From NCBI GenBank assembly GCA_038245295.1, contig JBBRSP010000033.1, forward strand, positions 1 through 64,000: DNA of 64,000 bases. The letters are read 5' to 3'. Under the pieces are notes generated by a model that ran no database searches, had not been told where the DNA came from, and worked only from the letters and a program-made list of their open reading frames with translations. This DNA is from Candidatus Binatia bacterium. Lineage in GTDB: Bacteria > Desulfobacterota > Binatia > HRBIN30. Of this stretch, positions 61,601-64,000 are shown in pieces (position 1 is the first letter of the stretch; every line of letters starts with the position of its first letter). Both the position numbers and the translations under genes were made by a program.

Positions 61601-63155
61601 CAGCAATCTCACGCCAGGTACCTACTCGGTCGGTTTCGTGGCGCCGAACGGCCTGGTGCTCAGTCCACAAACCCAGGGCTCAAATAGCGCCGTGGATAGC
61701 AACCCGGATCGAACGACGGGCCTCACGGCGCCCGTCACGTTGGTTGGTGGCGAGACCAACCGCACGATCGACGCTGGACTCTATCAACCGGCTGAGCTGA
61801 GCAACTTCGTATGGAACGACAACAATAGGAACGGCATTCAGGATCCGGGCGAGACCGGTGTGCCGGGTACCGTCGTGCAGCTTTTCAATGCGACGACCAA
61901 CCAGCTCTTGGCAACGCAAACGACCGGTAGCGACGGCCTCTACGACTTTACGAATCTTGCGGCGGGGAATTACTATGTGCAGTTCACGCCCCCGCCTGGG
62001 TTCACGTTCACCACGCAAGGAGCGGGCGGCGACCCTGCCCTCGACAGTAATGCCAACCCGACTACCGGCAGGACCGCCGTTGTGACCCTGGTCGGTGGCC
62101 AGAACGACCCGACCATCGACACCGGGCTTTTCCAGCCAACTTCCGCCGCGGATCTACGTATCCTCAAGTCGCACTCGGGCTCCTTTGTCGCGGGCGGTGC
62201 GGGGACCTACACGATCACTGTCACCAACCTAGGCCCGGCGACAACCAATGGCCCAATCACTGTAACCGATACGTTGCCGGCAGGGTTCTCCTACGTCAGC
62301 GGCACGGGTAGCGGCTGGTCATGTGTCGGCAGCGGCCAGGCAGTCACATGTACGAAGTCGACTGCAATCAGCGCCAACAGCATGACCTCGTTGAGTCTGG
62401 TTGTTTCCGTCAGTGCGACTGCCTGTTCGCTCAGCACCAACGTTGCCAATGTAAGCTATGAGGGTGACACCAATAGCGCCAATAACAATGCGGCAGACCC
62501 AACTAACGTCATGAACGCCAGTTGCGTGCCGTTTACCCCCACAAGAACACCCACTGTCGTGGCGCCGACGCAGACGCCGGAGCCGACACTTCCGGTTGGT
62601 GTGCCGACGCGCACCGCGACCGCGACACCGACGGCACTGCGCACCGCAACCCTGCCACCTTCCGACGGCCCATGCCTGGGGACACACAAGCTTAAGTTGA
62701 TCTGGTCGGCGTCGTCCCCCGGCCGTCTGCAGATCAGCTTCTCGGCAACCAAGTGTCCGCCACCGCCGCGGTGTAACTTGCCGGTGATCAGCGGCTCGGT
62801 TGTCGAGCCACCTATCCTGATGCGGTTAACGTCCGCGAACGGGGTCGTGCTTGACGAAGAGCTCCCGGGCGCGCCACTGACGTCGGGCGGCTCGTGTCCC
62901 GGTGGCGTGGATTCATTCTGCCAAGCCCAGTCGTTGGAGTTCCACACCGATCGCGTGCACTTCGTCTATGGGAAGGATGGCTCGACGACGATTCGCGGCA
63001 AGCTCGTCAAGCCGCTCGATCCGCCGATCTTCCCAACGTTGAGCTCGCCGCTAACGATGGTTGTCAGCGATGCGACAGGCATGCGCGCCAACATCACGTA
63101 CTTCTACTGCAAGTCGCGCATCTCGAGCCGTGGCGCGACTGTGCAGTGCTACTAG
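58656..63155 (+). CDS. Giant surface/secreted protein: 2 choice-of-anchor E-like domains, PT tracts, 4 SdrD-B-like repeats, DUF11, Cys-rich C-terminal domain
   Basis: TTDW..SL..F/Y..GTL domain twice; LGDFVW.D.N.NG.QD.GE.GV four times; ADLRILK..YTITVTNLGP..VTDTLP; start may be 58734. Confidence 0.88.
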   Translation: MRRGELDGLGVRLGANRFGSGARQRGMAVVIWTLCLLAGPAVVRAQTTQQFCDSVPLTTTDWSSTVSLTRFNSALGLLTNVNLAVTATMVQDIKLESLDAAPATVTGTGNGTITVNPPTAPDIVASPQNVVVHNYTAFDGMTDFGGTSGSTDLGVTNSTVSSRNPYTPTSDFVGAGSVTMPVTATATFNSTGAGNILSQVNTSASVTVCVTYTYTPPTATRTQTATVTQTRTATSTPSSTATRTPTLSPTVTGTATDTATQTPSRTITNTPTITNTPTSTGTPTSTGTPTSTGTFTSTATITGTPTQTGTPTDTASPTSTPTITITPTITDTPTITATPSITQTPTISGTPTRTGSPTSTGTATRTATPTRTSTPTVTRTPTITATRTSTPTPTTTPGNSLSFCQGVVMQTTNWNAVISLPKYDPANGTLISVSVELTGSILQDLRIESLDSSPSNVTGVGTGTITLNPPSGPVIVSLPQNVVMASFTGFDGVIDFLGTSGGTYLGQFAQDFTQRNPYLPIADYIGPGTVNMPITAAANFSAIGSGNLITQANTMAAASACIAYTFMPPTPSPTPSITPTITQTGTVTQTPTRTWTPTRTPTLMPSATPTPTGTRTPTASPTPTPTPTITNTPTRTTTPIATGTSTRTMTFTRTSTPTVTPTRTTTVTPVPASLGDFVWFDSNANGIQDFGEAGVSGVTVNLYNASNVIVATTTTDGSGLYHFTNLTPGSYSVGFVKPVGASLSPANQGGNDAVDSDADAVTGRTAAVTLAAGDNNLTLDAGLFVTVSASPTPTRTPTPNVLAALGDFVWLDSNANGVQDFGEPGVNGVTVNLLNASNMQIATTTTDPSGAYHFTNLQPGTYTVVFVKPNGASFTRATQGGNTALDSNANTTTGATSPVTLAAGDNNLTIDAGLVAASVPTVTPTPGSVLAALGDFVWFDTDADGIQDAGEVGVNGVVVNLFNSGGQIIASTTTSPAGAYLFSNLTPGTYSVGFVAPNGLVLSPQTQGSNSAVDSNPDRTTGLTAPVTLVGGETNRTIDAGLYQPAELSNFVWNDNNRNGIQDPGETGVPGTVVQLFNATTNQLLATQTTGSDGLYDFTNLAAGNYYVQFTPPPGFTFTTQGAGGDPALDSNANPTTGRTAVVTLVGGQNDPTIDTGLFQPTSAADLRILKSHSGSFVAGGAGTYTITVTNLGPATTNGPITVTDTLPAGFSYVSGTGSGWSCVGSGQAVTCTKSTAISANSMTSLSLVVSVSATACSLSTNVANVSYEGDTNSANNNAADPTNVMNASCVPFTPTRTPTVVAPTQTPEPTLPVGVPTRTATATPTALRTATLPPSDGPCLGTHKLKLIWSASSPGRLQISFSATKCPPPPRCNLPVISGSVVEPPILMRLTSANGVVLDEELPGAPLTSGGSCPGGVDSFCQAQSLEFHTDRVHFVYGKDGSTTIRGKLVKPLDPPIFPTLSSPLTMVVSDATGMRANITYFYCKSRISSRGATVQCY

Positions 63156-63189
63156 TTCTCGCTCCCCACCGATCGCGTGGCGGGGCGAC

Positions 63190-63295
63190 AGTCTCGGTGA
63201 GACAGTTGCCGCGCCGCGGGTGTCTTCGCTGAGACAATCGTCCGTGTGACTTCAGTGTCGCCGCTCCCCAATTCGTGCGTGGCATGTCCGTTGCA
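63190..63295 (+). promoter_or_regulatory. sigma54 promoter with palindromic activator boxes
   Basis: GTCTC-GGT-GAGAC (63191-63203), TGTCTTCGCTGAGACA (63221-63236), TGGCATGTCCGTTGCA (63280-63295). Confidence 0.75.
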
Positions 63296-63305
63296 TTTGG
63301 AGCCG

Positions 63306-63397
63306 TTCTAAGCTCGTGCGAGAAATCGTATGGGCTTCAAGCGGCGCCAGCCTTGGTCCACCCCCCCCCTTCGGACCCTGGTTGGCGCCGTTTTGAA
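63306..63397 (+). ncRNA. Candidate sigma54-dependent small RNA
   Basis: Hairpin AAGCTCGTGCGA-GAAA-TCGTATGGGCTT, then long hairpin with an A-C9-TTC loop followed by TTTT; begins at the predicted +1; no credible ORF. Confidence 0.65.
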
Positions 63398-63515
63398 TTT
63401 CTGGTGCTAAATCTCTCGGGAGATCTGCGCAGCCTGAAGGCTGCGCCTACCAATGCGCAGCGACACGTGCGGGGTAGGGGTAGGCGCAAGCTTCAGCTTG
63501 CGGTGGAGCCGCTAC

Positions 63516-64000
63516 CTACTTGCAGTTCGATTGATAGATCTGGTCGAGTTTGCCGCGCAGGTCGACGTCGCTCAGCCCTGGCATCGCCGGCTTCAGTTGG
63601 TCGAGGAGTTTGCACGCCTCGGCTTTCTGATTCATTTGGACCATGACGCGCGCCACGTTGTAATGGGCTTCGTACCACGGCGCATCGCCGGCGCGGCTGT
63701 CTTTCAACAACTTCTGCCAGAGGTTTAGCGCGTCGGGCCAACGTTGTTCCTTCTCGGCGATGCGCGCCAGGCCGCGGATGGCCGAGAACGAGTCGGATTT
63801 CGAGGTGAGCGCCTGCGTGTAGAGCTCGTTGGCGCGTTTGACGTCGCCGGTGTTCTCGTAGAGGCGCGCCAAGGTCAGACTCTTCTTGGTGGCGGCATCA
63901 CCTTCGCCGGGCAATTGTTCATACAGACGCAGGGCAACTTGCTGGGCCTGCACGTTGGCGTTGGGGTCCTGAGCGTTGCGGCGTGCGCCTTCGCGGACAA
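63516..64000 (-). CDS. TPR-repeat protein, 3' part (start outside window)
   Basis: Frame open to the window end; LARLYE..GD..RA..LY..AL and W..A..LW TPR-like helices. Confidence 0.8.
   Translation of the reverse strand, partial: VREGARRNAQDPNANVQAQQVALRLYEQLPGEGDAATKKSLTLARLYENTGDVKRANELYTQALTSKSDSFSAIRGLARIAEKEQRWPDALNLWQKLLKDSRAGDAPWYEAHYNVARVMVQMNQKAEACKLLDQLKPAMPGLSDVDLRGKLDQIYQSNCK

Noticed and set aside
63275..63646. 123-aa + strand ORF as the product of the sigma54 promoter
   Set aside because: Starts within the promoter itself, has no RBS, and crosses REP repeats and the convergent TPR gene.

Overview
GC-rich bacterial chromosomal window with about 55 CDS. No rRNA, tRNA or CRISPR array was seen. 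Giant Pro/Thr-linker secreted proteins, a Cys-flanked dockerin-like C-terminal module, three F420-dependent enzyme families and dapL suggest a Candidatus Binatia-like (Deltaproteobacteria-related) organism (inference). Ordinary content: dapL, an Hsp20 pair, mpg, lepB, sppA, a glucose-1-phosphate thymidylyltransferase, a di-heme peroxidase, gnd-zwf-pgl and a YbhG/F/S/R-type exporter. The best signals lie outside the supplied ORF track. (1) A sulfate-uptake operon (sbp-cysT-cysW::cysA fusion-yezD-OprO/P porin) is preceded by an unannotated, nearly leaderless 34-codon Cys-rich leader ORF (C-M-C-C-C), an intrinsic terminator and a matching antiterminator strand, i.e. a candidate cysteine-sensing ribosomal attenuator; two co-varying RNA hairpins follow yezD. 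(2) A sigma-54 locus (Hpt, REC-PAS-AAA+ activator, REC, giant surface protein) has repeated GTC-N3-GTGAGAC boxes, and its last promoter appears to drive a ~90-nt structured RNA (GAAA hairpin plus C9-loop hairpin) with no credible ORF. (3) Nested miniature elements include a ~160-bp MITE that inserts into the 4-nt loop of the CCGGC-N4-GCCGG hairpin it carries itself. The end of an IS4-family element lies at the left edge. All calls are by eye; no database search was run.
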